A DNA stretch of 64,000 nt, from NCBI GenBank assembly GCA_963751455.1, contig CAVVUN010000015.1:1504001-1568000 (forward strand). Reading direction: 5' to 3'. Shown here piece after piece: positions 9,180-19,428 of the stretch. The notes under the pieces are model-generated. The model did no database searches. It was not told the origin of the DNA and worked only from the letters and a program-made list of their open reading frames with translations. The position numbers were made by a program, and so were the translations under genes. The stretch is from Nitrospirota bacterium. GTDB lineage: Bacteria > Nitrospirota > UBA9217. Numbering within the stretch: position 1 is the stretch's first letter; each line of letters starts with the position of its first letter.

Positions 9180-10952
9180 ATGACAAGATCGTGGAAATTA
9201 TCAGTTATGGCTCTTTTAGTCGCGTTGGTATCAGTGTTTGTTGCAGGATGCAGCAAAAGCAGCAGCAGCGGCGCGCCGGCGCAAACGAATTCACTGTCCG
9301 GGATCGTGGCCGCAGGTTCGCCCGTGGCCGGGATCGTGAATATCAAGGGTGCGAACGGAGCGGAAGCGTCATCAACGATCGCATCGAACGGAACCTTTAA
9401 CATCGATGTGAGCGGCCTGACCGCGCCCTATGTCCTGTATGCGGAGGGCACGGTGAACGGCCGGAGCGTGAGCATGTACTCGGCTGCGGTTGCGACCGGG
9501 ACCATCAATATCACGCCGATCACCGATTTTATACTCCGGTACGCCCTCGCAGGGACCGATCCGGCGGCTGCGTACGCGGGTTGGAGCACGACGCAGGTCA
9601 CTGCCGATGCGCTTTCCACCGCGGAAACGAGCGTTCAGAACCAGCTCGAGCCCGTACTGGCTGCCGCGAGCGTGCCTGGAACGGCAAACCTGATGACGGA
9701 TGCTTTTACCGCTGATCACACGGGCATGGACCTGGTGCTCGATACCACGGCCATTTCATACAGCGGAGCCGATGCAACCGTGACGAACCTTGTGACCGGG
9801 TCCACCTACACCGACAGCGTCGCAAGCCCGTCCGGTGCAGCCGGTCTGCCTCCTTCGGACCAGGCGGCGACTGCGGCCTCGTTGACGGACGCTGAAACGA
9901 TCGCCGCGTTCTGGCAGGCGGTCACGACGCTGTTCGCCGCGCAGCCGTCGCAGGCGCAGATCGATGCCACGCTCGCCCCGATGATCGCCGCCGATTACCT
10001 GGAAGACGGCCGGGACAAGGCCTCGCAACTCGTCAACTTTGAGATCCCCGCGGGCATGACGTTCGCCCCGACGATCGTGAAGGCGATCATTCCGGCGCCT
10101 GCCGGATATACCAAGGCGTATGAGATCCGGGTCGTCGCCGCCCTGGGCAGTGTATCAATGACCGTTGAGACAATAATGTCGTATAACGGCGCGAACTGGT
10201 TTTGGTACGGAAACAGGGCCTGGACCAGCTATCTCCTCAGGCCCCTTGCCGAAATGAAAGTGTCCAGCGCGGGCACAGCATCGTTCACAACCAGTCTCGG
10301 CCTGGTCATGAACGACGAAACGTACGACAATCCGGCCTGTACGGTCAAGATGTACGCCTATTGCAACGGCGTGCGTTCGGCCATTATCACCGGCCCCGGC
10401 TTGCCTGCGGGCGGCCTGATATTGACGCATACATATCCTAAGAATGAATTTAGAATTTACAACCAGATGAATAACGCCGACCGGTACGTATTGAGCGACG
10501 ATGCGGCTATCCAAGCCATCCCCGATAATGCCGTGTACACCTTCAACCTCTATGCGGAAACCGCGGATGTCGTGAGCCTGAACAACACGCCGCTTACGAG
10601 CGGAACGTCGCTGAACGCAAAGAGGCCGCTCTTGAACTCGGAACTTTCCGCCGCCCGGTTCCCGAGCCTCTCAACGCCGAGCACTCATGCCCTGGTCGAT
10701 GCCGCGATCCCCGGCATCCAGACCGTAAGCTGGACCGCGCCAACAGGTATGACAGTCTATCACGTATACTGGAACTGGACAGGCGGAGGAAATTTCAACT
10801 ATGCAAGCACCGACGTCGATGATGGCGAGACCACAACGACGATCGATACTACGGGCTTTTCGGCGCCCGATGTGAACACGCAGACCTGGCTTTATGTTTC
10901 ATCAAGAGACGCGTATGAAAGGGAGTACCGGATCGACTGGCAGTTCCAGTAG
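9180..10952 (+). CDS. Secreted lipoprotein of unknown function
   Basis: Lipobox VAGC, Ser linker, NITPITD motif, Ala/Thr-rich beta-type sequence; RBS gagggg. Confidence 0.75.
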   Translation: MTRSWKLSVMALLVALVSVFVAGCSKSSSSGAPAQTNSLSGIVAAGSPVAGIVNIKGANGAEASSTIASNGTFNIDVSGLTAPYVLYAEGTVNGRSVSMYSAAVATGTINITPITDFILRYALAGTDPAAAYAGWSTTQVTADALSTAETSVQNQLEPVLAAASVPGTANLMTDAFTADHTGMDLVLDTTAISYSGADATVTNLVTGSTYTDSVASPSGAAGLPPSDQAATAASLTDAETIAAFWQAVTTLFAAQPSQAQIDATLAPMIAADYLEDGRDKASQLVNFEIPAGMTFAPTIVKAIIPAPAGYTKAYEIRVVAALGSVSMTVETIMSYNGANWFWYGNRAWTSYLLRPLAEMKVSSAGTASFTTSLGLVMNDETYDNPACTVKMYAYCNGVRSAIITGPGLPAGGLILTHTYPKNEFRIYNQMNNADRYVLSDDAAIQAIPDNAVYTFNLYAETADVVSLNNTPLTSGTSLNAKRPLLNSELSAARFPSLSTPSTHALVDAAIPGIQTVSWTAPTGMTVYHVYWNWTGGGNFNYASTDVDDGETTTTIDTTGFSAPDVNTQTWLYVSSRDAYEREYRIDWQFQ

Positions 10953-11083
10953 GTCGGTCCCCTTAAGACGACCGCTCTGCGTTGAAATACGGCGGCCCTG
11001 GAGTCATGGTGCACAGGGTTTTGATTTAGAAGGCGACTTGGATTCTTAATTTTTAGTCGGATCTTTCGCACTCAGAGGAGAAC

Positions 11084-11511
11084 ATGACATATGATCACGG
11101 CCACCATGCTCAATTCAAAGTCGAGCAAGCCTTATGTGCAGCACGGCAAGTTGTGCGCGGACCTGAATGTGGACGCCGTGGTTGTTATCCGGTTCGACCT
11201 GGCTACGCGCCCTACACGGCGGTCATAGGGAGCGGACCGGCAAAGGCCTCTGTGTGGCTGCTGACGTCAAGCTGATCAACCGTGATTGCAAGTTCGTGGC
11301 CATGACCCCGGACATCGTGAAGGGTAAGGGCATGAGGATGATTTCGGACAAGAAGGCCGGCATGGTGTCGGATGAGCTCGTGTACAGCGGCTCGGCTGAA
11401 GAGATGTTTCTTGAGGCCATTTCCAGGAATGCGGCGTATTACTTATTGATGAATATCCCAGAAATAAATTCTGATTTTAAATCTTACACGATGACGCTGA
11501 ATTGTATTTAA
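11084..11511 (+). pseudogene. Probable frameshifted gene remnant
   Basis: RBS gaggag before ATG 11084; protein-like text continues across overlapping frames (GYAPYTAVIGSGPAKASV then AADVKLINRDCKF). Confidence 0.35.
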
Positions 11512-11534
11512 AGAACGCCGAATGGGGAGCGAAT

Positions 11535-12593
11535 ATGCACGACAATAAACCGAAAAAAGGGGAATTTGTCAAAGTAGTCTTGGTTTTCGCGCTGCTGGCG
11601 TCGACCGGTTGCGCAACGACCGTTAAGACGAATGTGCTCATGCCGGGCCGAATCGACCAGGCAGCGCAATTCAAGAGTATCGCGGTCATGCCGTTCGAAG
11701 GGACCGATGGAAAAGCGTTTACGTCGGCCGTGGAGAGTGCGCTCGCGGGCGTTATCATCGACGACAAGCAGTATTTTCAGATCGTGGACAGGGGAAGCCT
11801 CGACAAGGCCATGAACGAGATGAAGCTCTCGCTGAGCGGCGTCGTGGACGCGAACACAGCGGCCCAGGTGGGCAGGATGGTAGGGGCCAGGGGCATTTAT
11901 ACGGGCATCGTCACGGCATCCACCTTGAACGACGACCCTTATACCGAAAAGAGGAGAAAGTGTTCGTCCTATAAGACAGTGACCGACAGCAAGGGGAGAA
12001 AGTCCGAGGAATGCACGCGCTGGTACGATAGCGAAGTGTCGTGCACCAAGCGGACGACGTCATTCGCGTTTGCGCCCAAGCTGGTGGAGGTCGAGACCAG
12101 CCGGCTCGTCTACTCGAACACTTACGACAGCGCTCTGGAGTCGAAGGGCTGCTCTGACGAGAGCAAGGGGCTGGAGGACGGACAGATAATGAAAAAGAAA
12201 GCGCAGGAAAGCGCCGTGCAGAAGTTCCGCATGGACGTGGCCCCGTACTACGCGGCCATGGAGTTCACCCTGAAGGACTCCACCGGCGATATCTCTGCGG
12301 ATGCTGCAAAACAGAAGCTCAAGGACGGATTGAAATTCGCGAAAGGCAACAGAATGGACCGGGCCTGCTCGCTCTGGAGCGATGCAAAGGAATCCGCGCA
12401 GGACTCGATCACCATTCTGTTCAACCTGGGCGTGTGCGCGGAAACCCAGGGCAGGCCCGAAGAGGCCCTTGTCCTGTACCGGCAGATCGACAAGACGCTT
12501 ACCAAGCCTGACGACCTGGTAAACAAGGCCCTCGCCCGGGTAACCGACATGGTCGAAAAACGTAAAAAGCTCGGGCAGCAGGTGGCGAAGTAG
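11535..12593 (+). CDS. CsgG/HfaB-like lipoprotein with C-terminal TPR
   Basis: Lipobox STGC; IAVMPF, FQIVDRGSLDKAMNEMKL and AAQVGRMVGA motifs; TPR-like FNLGVCAETQG. Confidence 0.75.
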   Translation: MHDNKPKKGEFVKVVLVFALLASTGCATTVKTNVLMPGRIDQAAQFKSIAVMPFEGTDGKAFTSAVESALAGVIIDDKQYFQIVDRGSLDKAMNEMKLSLSGVVDANTAAQVGRMVGARGIYTGIVTASTLNDDPYTEKRRKCSSYKTVTDSKGRKSEECTRWYDSEVSCTKRTTSFAFAPKLVEVETSRLVYSNTYDSALESKGCSDESKGLEDGQIMKKKAQESAVQKFRMDVAPYYAAMEFTLKDSTGDISADAAKQKLKDGLKFAKGNRMDRACSLWSDAKESAQDSITILFNLGVCAETQGRPEEALVLYRQIDKTLTKPDDLVNKALARVTDMVEKRKKLGQQVAK

Positions 12594-12920
12594 CGGGATC
12601 GGCAAGAATATTAGCGGGGAGTAGCGGGGACTTCCTTGAGCGGCGACTTGCTTGCAAAAGAACCGGCGGACAAGGCGCTCGAAGAAATTGCCAGCGACCC
12701 GGCAAAAGGACCGGCGAAGGAAGTTGAAAGGCTTACCGGCCTGTTCAAGGAGGCCGTTTATATATCGGCCGTCAAATACAGCGATCTTTTGAATGAGGAA
12801 AAAATTAAATTTGCGGAAAAGGCCAAGCGGTAAATGGAAGACCTGTGACACATAGGTATGGAGTGTATGAAGAAGGCACAATATCGCCGAAGTATCTTGA
12901 AGAGGCATAAGGAGGAAACC

Positions 12921-13700
12921 ATGGACGGATTGAAGGTTCGATCAAAGAAGGAAAGCAATGGTTTGGCTGTGACATTGGCGGTCGTTGTTATCATGACCAT
13001 TTCGGGATGCGGCGGGGGCATGCTGAACGTTAAACAGGCCTTCGACGCGTCGACGAAAATGACCGTTATGGAGTTTTTGGTTAAGACGGAATATTTCGGT
13101 GATTCGACCGTCGACTTGAGGGTCCCCGCGCGGTCGACCTTCAATCCCGACACACGCGCGCCGAAGACGTGCCAGGGAAGCTGCGTCATCGAGACGGCGC
13201 CCCTGTCCGCAGGATACCGCGAAATCGCGGAAGGCATCTATAACGAAATGCGGTCGGGGCTTGGGAAGCCGGAGCTGCAATTCGGCAGATGGAGCGAGGT
13301 GCCGTCTAAGAAAGCGGCCTTTGGCATAACCGCACCTGATTGGGGCAAGACGGATCACAAGCTCATCATCTGGCCATATGTCTCCGTGTATTATGACGAA
13401 TCGATCAAGCCGCCCATGAGCAACAAGGGAGCGGAATATTCGTATAATCTGAAGGGAAGCGTGAGCTTCACGATTTGGAGGAAAAACGACAAAGGCAACC
13501 TGGAAGTGGTCAGGCCGAACATGACGGGCCACTATGACTTGGCCAGCGTTTCGCGAAGCGTCGGAAAGCCATCCGCAACGCCTCTTACAATAGCCGAGCT
13601 CGAGAAGCTTATGCCTTCATCTACGATTTTTAATGAACTTCGGGAAAAGAGCCTGGAAGGGGTGAAGCGGTTCGTCAAGGAGCTGAAAGAGGCGAAGTGA
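12921..13700 (+). CDS. Hypothetical lipoprotein
   Basis: Strong RBS aaggagg; lipobox ISGC. Confidence 0.7.
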   Translation: MDGLKVRSKKESNGLAVTLAVVVIMTISGCGGGMLNVKQAFDASTKMTVMEFLVKTEYFGDSTVDLRVPARSTFNPDTRAPKTCQGSCVIETAPLSAGYREIAEGIYNEMRSGLGKPELQFGRWSEVPSKKAAFGITAPDWGKTDHKLIIWPYVSVYYDESIKPPMSNKGAEYSYNLKGSVSFTIWRKNDKGNLEVVRPNMTGHYDLASVSRSVGKPSATPLTIAELEKLMPSSTIFNELREKSLEGVKRFVKELKEAK

Positions 13701-13762
13701 CGCTCAGTGCGGGGCTTGATCGGCAAGCCCCGTATTTCTGCTCTCAGGAGGGGAGGGAAGCC

Positions 13763-15715
13763 ATGATACATAGTGTGATTTATAAAACAGCCGGTGTGAT
13801 TTTGACGGTTCTATTACTGATAGTCGGCGGTTGCGGAGAGGATAAAAAATCAGACCAACTAAGCATCAGTCCGCAGAATCACACGATGAACGTGGGAGAT
13901 TCGCTGCAATTTTCCGTCTCAAAAGGCGGCACGGACGTTACGTCCTCTGTTTCTTGGGTCATGTCCAATACCGGCATAATCTCCATGAGTTCGACCGGTC
14001 TGGCGGTTGCTCTGCGCGAGGGAACTACGAAGATAACCGCGACTTACAATAACGAATCAGTCTGGACGAACATCACGGTCCAGTCGCAGGGCGGCGGCGC
14101 TGCAACGCTGCAATCCATCACGATAGGGCCGGATACGGCCTCGATAGCCGTGAGCGGTACACAGCAGTTTACCGCAACTGGGCATTATTCCGACAGCAGT
14201 ACCCAGAATCTGACTTCTGTTGCCACCTGGGCTTCCGACAACAATGGGGTAGCCACGATCAGCTCCACAGGGCTGGCCGCAGGCGTGAGCGCGGGAACGT
14301 CTTACATCACCGCTTCGTATAGCGGGAAAACAAGCAATAGCGCCACCCTGACGGTCACGACGAGCGGCGGGGGTGGAGGAGGCGGCGGAGGCAGCGGTTC
14401 CAATACGATTTCTACTAATATCAACGCGGCCAGCGTAGTGTCTCTCGGAACGACCACGAATACCTCGATCGCTGCGTCAGCCCTTGGCGGGTATATCGAT
14501 TTTCCCACCACGGACGGCAAGGGCTACGGCATCTACGTTACGGCCGACTCGGCTTCGCTCTCATTGGACGCGGGGTACAACAACGGAGGCAACTGGGTTT
14601 CGATCGGAGTCGGTTCGGTCAATCCCTCAAGCACGAGCGACTACCTGCTCGGTTTCAAGGCCGGTGCCGCGGATTACATGGCGAAGATATCCAACTCGGC
14701 GAACAGCGCGGTCACGTTCGCCTTCACTGTCCGTGAGGCGGATATGGGAGGCTCTCCGTTCGGGACCCCGCTTTCCGTAAGCCCAGGCACGCCCGCCTGG
14801 ATCGGAGCAGCCTGGCTGGCCGGAGATTTTTCGTTCGTAGCGGGAGGTTCCACGGCAACTTTGCAGCTCGACTCCCTGACAGCCGGCGTTGACGTCGCTG
14901 TCTACGAAGCGGACAAAACCACAGTTGTTCTTCCCAAGACCACTGACGGCACGGAGATGCAGCTCACCAAAACGGTCAATCTGGCGGGTCTGACGCACGG
15001 GAACACCTACGTTGTAAGAGTGTCATCTCTTGTCGGGGGCACGAGCGGCGCGAGCATAGGCAGGCTGACCATAACTTCCTCGGGCGGTGCATACGATCTT
15101 TCCTCACTGTCGGGTGCATGGCTATTAGACACTACAGCGGACAGAAGCGCGGGATACGATTTTATCATTACCGACGGCAGCGGCTCGATCACATCGAGCA
15201 GTCTCTACAGCGCGTCCACGCCCACGTACTCTGTTCAGAGCAACGGCGCTTTCACCATTTATACTCCCAGCTCCGATGGCACTACGTTGATTATTTCGGG
15301 GACCCTCGCTTCGTCCACGACAGGGACCCTGAGCGGAGTCGGCCCGAACAGCACGATATCCAAAATCTCCGATCGCGCGCTTTGTCAGGGGGCATGGACC
15401 GGCGCGCTGTTGGTGAGCAGTTCGCCCGTGCACGATCTTGCTTTTGAGATCAAAGCTGATGGCACGCTCGATACCGCGCAGACAAGGACCATCACTCCGT
15501 CGGGCGGCGGCGCGGCCGGGACCATATCGAGCGGCGCGATGGTGGGTCAGGGAAACCTCTGCGTCGGATATTTCACTACTTCTGCGGCAGAGCCCTATAA
15601 TAAGTTTCGGATAAACGGCACGCTAACAACCGGCGCGACGACAACGCTGAGTGGGAATTTCGACAATGATTCCGGAAGCGCCTGGCCCGTGGGCACGGTC
15701 AGCCTGACAAAATAG
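13763..15715 (+). CDS. Lipoprotein with Ig-like (Big_2) domains
   Basis: Lipobox VGGC; Big_2 signature TQQFTATGHYSDSSTQNLTSVATWAS; poly-Gly linker. Confidence 0.85.
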   Translation: MIHSVIYKTAGVILTVLLLIVGGCGEDKKSDQLSISPQNHTMNVGDSLQFSVSKGGTDVTSSVSWVMSNTGIISMSSTGLAVALREGTTKITATYNNESVWTNITVQSQGGGAATLQSITIGPDTASIAVSGTQQFTATGHYSDSSTQNLTSVATWASDNNGVATISSTGLAAGVSAGTSYITASYSGKTSNSATLTVTTSGGGGGGGGGSGSNTISTNINAASVVSLGTTTNTSIAASALGGYIDFPTTDGKGYGIYVTADSASLSLDAGYNNGGNWVSIGVGSVNPSSTSDYLLGFKAGAADYMAKISNSANSAVTFAFTVREADMGGSPFGTPLSVSPGTPAWIGAAWLAGDFSFVAGGSTATLQLDSLTAGVDVAVYEADKTTVVLPKTTDGTEMQLTKTVNLAGLTHGNTYVVRVSSLVGGTSGASIGRLTITSSGGAYDLSSLSGAWLLDTTADRSAGYDFIITDGSGSITSSSLYSASTPTYSVQSNGAFTIYTPSSDGTTLIISGTLASSTTGTLSGVGPNSTISKISDRALCQGAWTGALLVSSSPVHDLAFEIKADGTLDTAQTRTITPSGGGAAGTISSGAMVGQGNLCVGYFTTSAAEPYNKFRINGTLTTGATTTLSGNFDNDSGSAWPVGTVSLTK

Positions 15716-15860
15716 GTGCTGGCTTCCGGCATGACGTTGTACCGTATGTAAATAAGAGCGGGAAGAGAGCAAGCGAGAATTTTTGTAGTTTACAGCAACG
15801 CAGGTTGAGTCTTTCCACGAGTCTCATAGGCAGGCTTACCGAGTTCAGGAAAAAGGCTGG

Positions 15861-15897
15861 AGAGAGGGGTCGTGAAATAGTACGCCCCCTCTTTTTT
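15861..15897 (+). terminator. Intrinsic terminator
   Basis: agaggggtcgt...acgccccctc stem plus T run. Confidence 0.6.
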
Positions 15898-16253
15898 ATT
15901 GATGCCCTGGACGATACGAGCTCGCGGCGCGCCGTCAGTCAAAAACTAAAGTTTCTAAGAGCGATTTTTAAGAATAATTTGTTGCTTGTCATAATGCGGC
16001 CTGTCCACCATTCTCAATATATTTTTCTTCATTAAAGTATTGGGTGTTTGATCCGCCTCGAGATTATCGGTCAATTTTAGACAACAGCCTGCATCGAAAA
16101 GCACCCTCTTTTTAACCCTGTCTTTCTTTGTGTCTTTGTGCCTTTGCGCGAAAACTGTTTAATCCGCCTTTAGACTTGCATACAAGCGCGCTCCGTACAT
16201 GTATGCCCCCGGTTGATAGTGGTAAAATATATGTATATTGAAGGGCTGGAAAA

Positions 16254-18008
16254 ATGGCAATAAAACTACCTGATATAAAGAACGGTCTTACCCCGAATGC
16301 GCTCACGGTTCTCGAGAGCAGGTACCTGAAGAAGGACGAGCAGGGGGATGTGGTCGAAACGCCGGAGGAAATGTTCCTGCGGGTCGCGAGCAACATCGCC
16401 CAGGCGGACCTGCCTTATGACGGTCAGGCTGATATCAAGAAAACCGAGGAGGAATTCTTCAGAATATTATCCGAGTTGGAATTCCTTCCCAATTCTCCGA
16501 CTCTTATGAACGCGGGGCGGTCGCTTCAGCAGCTTGCGGCCTGCTTTGTCCTGCCCATTGAGGATTCGCTCGAGTCCATTTTCGACAGCGTAAAGAGCAC
16601 CGCGCTGATCCACCAGAGCGGCGGCGGCACCGGCTTTTCCTTCAGCCGGCTCCGGCCGAAGGACGACAGGGTGCGGACTACGGGGGGGGCTGCCAGCGGT
16701 CCTGTCTCGTTCATGCGCGTGTTCAATATGGCAACTGAGGTGATCAAGCAAGGAGGCACCCGGCGGGGGGCTAATATGGGAATCCTCCGGGTGGATCATC
16801 CCGATATCCTCGAGTTCATCACGGCAAAGGAGAAAAACAAGGATCTCTCGAATTTCAACCTCTCAGTAGCCGTGACCGAGGAGTTCATGGCAGCGGTCCG
16901 GAGCGACCGTGATGTCCCGCTTATAAATCCCTCAACAGGAAAGATAGTTAAAATCGTGAAGGCACGGATGATATTCGATAAGATCGTGGAGATGGCATGG
17001 AAGACCGGCGATCCGGGTGTTGTATTTCTCGATCGGATCAACCGTGATAATCCCACGCCGCACCTGGGAGATATGGAGAGTACAAACCCGTGCGGGGAGC
17101 AGCCGCTGCTTCCGTTCGAGCCGTGTAATCTCGGCTCGATCAATCTTGCCCGCATGCTCAAGGAGCATGACGACGGCCAGTACGAGCCGGACTGGGGCAA
17201 AATAGAGCGCTCCGTCCGCACGGGCGTCCATTTCCTCGACAATGTTATAGATATGAGCCGATACCCTCTGGACCAGATAGACAGGATGGCCAAGGGGAAC
17301 CGGAAGATAGGGTTAGGCGTAATGGGTCTTGCTGACATGCTGATACGGCTTAATATTCCGTACAATTCGCAAGACGCGATCGAAATGGGCCAGAGAATCA
17401 TGGCATTCGTCGAAGAGAAAGCGTGGGAAGCATCCGAAGAGCTTGCAGCCATCCGCGGTGTGTTTCCGAATTATTCGGGAAGCAGGTACGAACGCGAAAA
17501 GGGGCCCCGGCTCAGAAATGCCACGGTGACAACAATCGCGCCGACCGGAACCCTGTCGATCATTGCAGGCTGCTCGAGCGGGATCGAACCGCTCTTTGCC
17601 CTGTCCTATATCCGCCACATCCTCGGCAATGTCGATTTACCAGAGGTAAATAACTACTTTCTGGAGATTGCGAAGAAACGGGGTTTTTTGACGCAGCAGC
17701 TTCTTATCCATGCGACAGCAGGGAACTCGATCCAAAAACGCGACGACGTTCCGGATGACATCAAGCGCGTGTTCGTCACCGCATTCGATATTGCGCCTGA
17801 ATGGCATGTGCGCATGCAGGCGGCCTTCCAGCGCTACACGGACAATGCCGTTTCAAAGACGATCAACTTTCCGCAGAAAGCAACGAAAGAGGAGGTTCAG
17901 CGGGCTTTTTTACTTGCGCATGATGAAGGCGTCAAGGGCATCACGATCTTCCGGAGCGGCAGCAAAAGCGAGCAGGTGCTCACTTGTGCTGACCCGCTGT
18001 ACTGCTGA
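16254..18008 (+). CDS. nrdJ: Class II (adenosylcobalamin-dependent) ribonucleotide reductase
   Basis: PNSPTLMNAG, LAACFV, QGGTRRGANM, TNPCGEQPL, CNLGSINL, TIAPTGT and DNAVSKTINF motifs. Confidence 0.93.
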   Translation: MAIKLPDIKNGLTPNALTVLESRYLKKDEQGDVVETPEEMFLRVASNIAQADLPYDGQADIKKTEEEFFRILSELEFLPNSPTLMNAGRSLQQLAACFVLPIEDSLESIFDSVKSTALIHQSGGGTGFSFSRLRPKDDRVRTTGGAASGPVSFMRVFNMATEVIKQGGTRRGANMGILRVDHPDILEFITAKEKNKDLSNFNLSVAVTEEFMAAVRSDRDVPLINPSTGKIVKIVKARMIFDKIVEMAWKTGDPGVVFLDRINRDNPTPHLGDMESTNPCGEQPLLPFEPCNLGSINLARMLKEHDDGQYEPDWGKIERSVRTGVHFLDNVIDMSRYPLDQIDRMAKGNRKIGLGVMGLADMLIRLNIPYNSQDAIEMGQRIMAFVEEKAWEASEELAAIRGVFPNYSGSRYEREKGPRLRNATVTTIAPTGTLSIIAGCSSGIEPLFALSYIRHILGNVDLPEVNNYFLEIAKKRGFLTQQLLIHATAGNSIQKRDDVPDDIKRVFVTAFDIAPEWHVRMQAAFQRYTDNAVSKTINFPQKATKEEVQRAFLLAHDEGVKGITIFRSGSKSEQVLTCADPLYC

Positions 18009-18061
18009 AATTATGGACGGCCCGTAGTAGGAACCAATAGGACCCGTGGCACCTTTTTTAA

Positions 18062-18203
18062 ACTGCAAACGGCAGTTGGACGCGGATGAACTCGGATTTA
18101 CGCAGATTAAAACCAGATAAAATATGACCGAATATCCATTCGCCATCCGTGAATCATTTAATCCGCGTTTATCCGATTTTATCTGTGTCCAAATGCTTTA
18201 AGA
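18062..18203. mobile_element. Degenerate MITE of the same family as 7941-8223
   Basis: actgcaaacggcagttggacgcggatgaac at the left and atctgtgtccaaatgc at the right. Confidence 0.6.
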
Positions 18204-18281
18204 AATGCCTTTCGACCTGTCTGCACTGAGCCCATTTCCGTATCGATTCGTGAAAATCCGTGGCTGAATTCTTCTTCACTA

Positions 18282-18326
18282 TGCCCCGCGTCGGGTATTG
18301 ACAATACCCCGCATTTCTCATACCAT
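18282..18326 (+). promoter_or_regulatory. Sigma70 promoter overlapped by NarL-like heptamers
   Basis: TTGACA (18298)-17 nt-TACCAT (18321); TGCCCCGcgTCGGGTA 7-2-7 site and TACCCCG at 18305. Confidence 0.55.
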
Positions 18327-18332
18327 AGCCGT

Positions 18333-19166
18333 ATGATCCTGCAAGAGCGCCACGTGAACTTCGCGGAACGTCGCAAGAGAAAAGTGCTTGTCGTCGAGGA
18401 CGATCCTGAGATCAATGAGGCTTACCGGGAAAATCTTTCCGAGCACTTCCATGTCATTGCGGTCAGGTCGGGCTCGGGCGCCATCGGTATGGCTAAAGCG
18501 ATGAAAAGTATTGAACTCGTGCTGCTGGACTATATGCTGCCTGATATGTCAGGCATGGATGTTTTGAAGGAAATAAGAAAGGCGCTTACGGCGGTTCCCG
18601 TAATACTCGTAACTGGGCACGGGACCGAGGAGCTTGCCGTGCGGTCTTTTCGCTGCGGTGTGACGGACTATATCAAGAAGCCTTTCGACTATGCCTACCT
18701 TATTTCGAGAATGAACTCACTATTATCCAGCGGCGGCCAATGTCGGGATGCCGAAACAACGCAGGAATTGAATGAACCAGCCGGAACCGCGGACGCTGCA
18801 TCCTCTACGTTTTCTCCTCAGCACCTCGTAAATATCCAGAAGGTCATCCGTCATATCGATAATAATTATATGACCGGCATCGATCTAGAGGAGGCAGCCC
18901 GAATAGCCTGCATGTCTCCCTGTCATTTCTCGAGGATTTTCAGGAAAGCGCACGGGACAGGGTTCAAGGAACATCTGCACAGCAAGCGGATCGAAAAAGC
19001 AACGGAACTGCTTCAGAATCCCGCTCTATCAGTGGCCGAGATAGCCTTTGCAGTCGGATACGGCGACCTTACCCACTTCGAGAGGATTTTCAAGAAAGCA
19101 AAATGTTCGACCCCCAGCGCATACAGGAACACCCTTCCGAAAGAGCAGTTCTCCCTCTTAAAATAA
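18333..19166 (+). CDS. Response regulator with AraC-family HTH
   Basis: REC domain (VEDD, LDYMLP, IKKPF) plus AraC HTH (CMSPCHFSRIF, EIAFAVGYGDLTHFERIFKK). Confidence 0.92.
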   Translation: MILQERHVNFAERRKRKVLVVEDDPEINEAYRENLSEHFHVIAVRSGSGAIGMAKAMKSIELVLLDYMLPDMSGMDVLKEIRKALTAVPVILVTGHGTEELAVRSFRCGVTDYIKKPFDYAYLISRMNSLLSSGGQCRDAETTQELNEPAGTADAASSTFSPQHLVNIQKVIRHIDNNYMTGIDLEEAARIACMSPCHFSRIFRKAHGTGFKEHLHSKRIEKATELLQNPALSVAEIAFAVGYGDLTHFERIFKKAKCSTPSAYRNTLPKEQFSLLK

Positions 19167-19214
19167 AATTCTCACCATTGCCACGCTGCAGAATTCGTCG
19201 TGAGCCCTCAGTCG

Positions 19215-19349
19215 AACGATGAACGCTGATTATCGGATAAAACCAGATATTTGGGTGGCAACAAACTTCACAAAAGTTAAATTATAATTAAAATCAAAGA
19301 GTTATCCGCGTTTACCCCATTTTTATCTGCATCCAAATTTCGCTTCAGT
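19215..19349. repeat. Degenerate copy of the MITE/palindromic repeat family
   Basis: gatgaacgctgat...taaaaccagat...atccgcgttta...ttttatctgcatccaaat matches 18085-18195. Confidence 0.55.
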
Positions 19350-19390
19350 CCTTTTTTCCGTTTTCAGGTAACATAGTATGTCACAAAAAA

Positions 19391-19428
19391 TCGCAAAAAA
19401 TGCCGAATAAATTCACAAAAATTGCCGA
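19391..19428 (+). promoter_or_regulatory. Direct repeat, candidate AraC-family binding site
   Basis: cgcaaaaaatgccga and cacaaaaattgccga are 22 nt apart; an inverted copy tcggcagttttt lies near 19564. Confidence 0.5.

Noticed and set aside
12636-12833. 65-aa ORF between lipoprotein genes
   Set aside because: TTG start and no recognisable motif; it may be a remnant but cannot be supported
16005-16250. NrdR box or cobalamin riboswitch upstream of nrdJ
   Set aside because: Only a weak single partial match (caatatattt) and no recognisable B12-box
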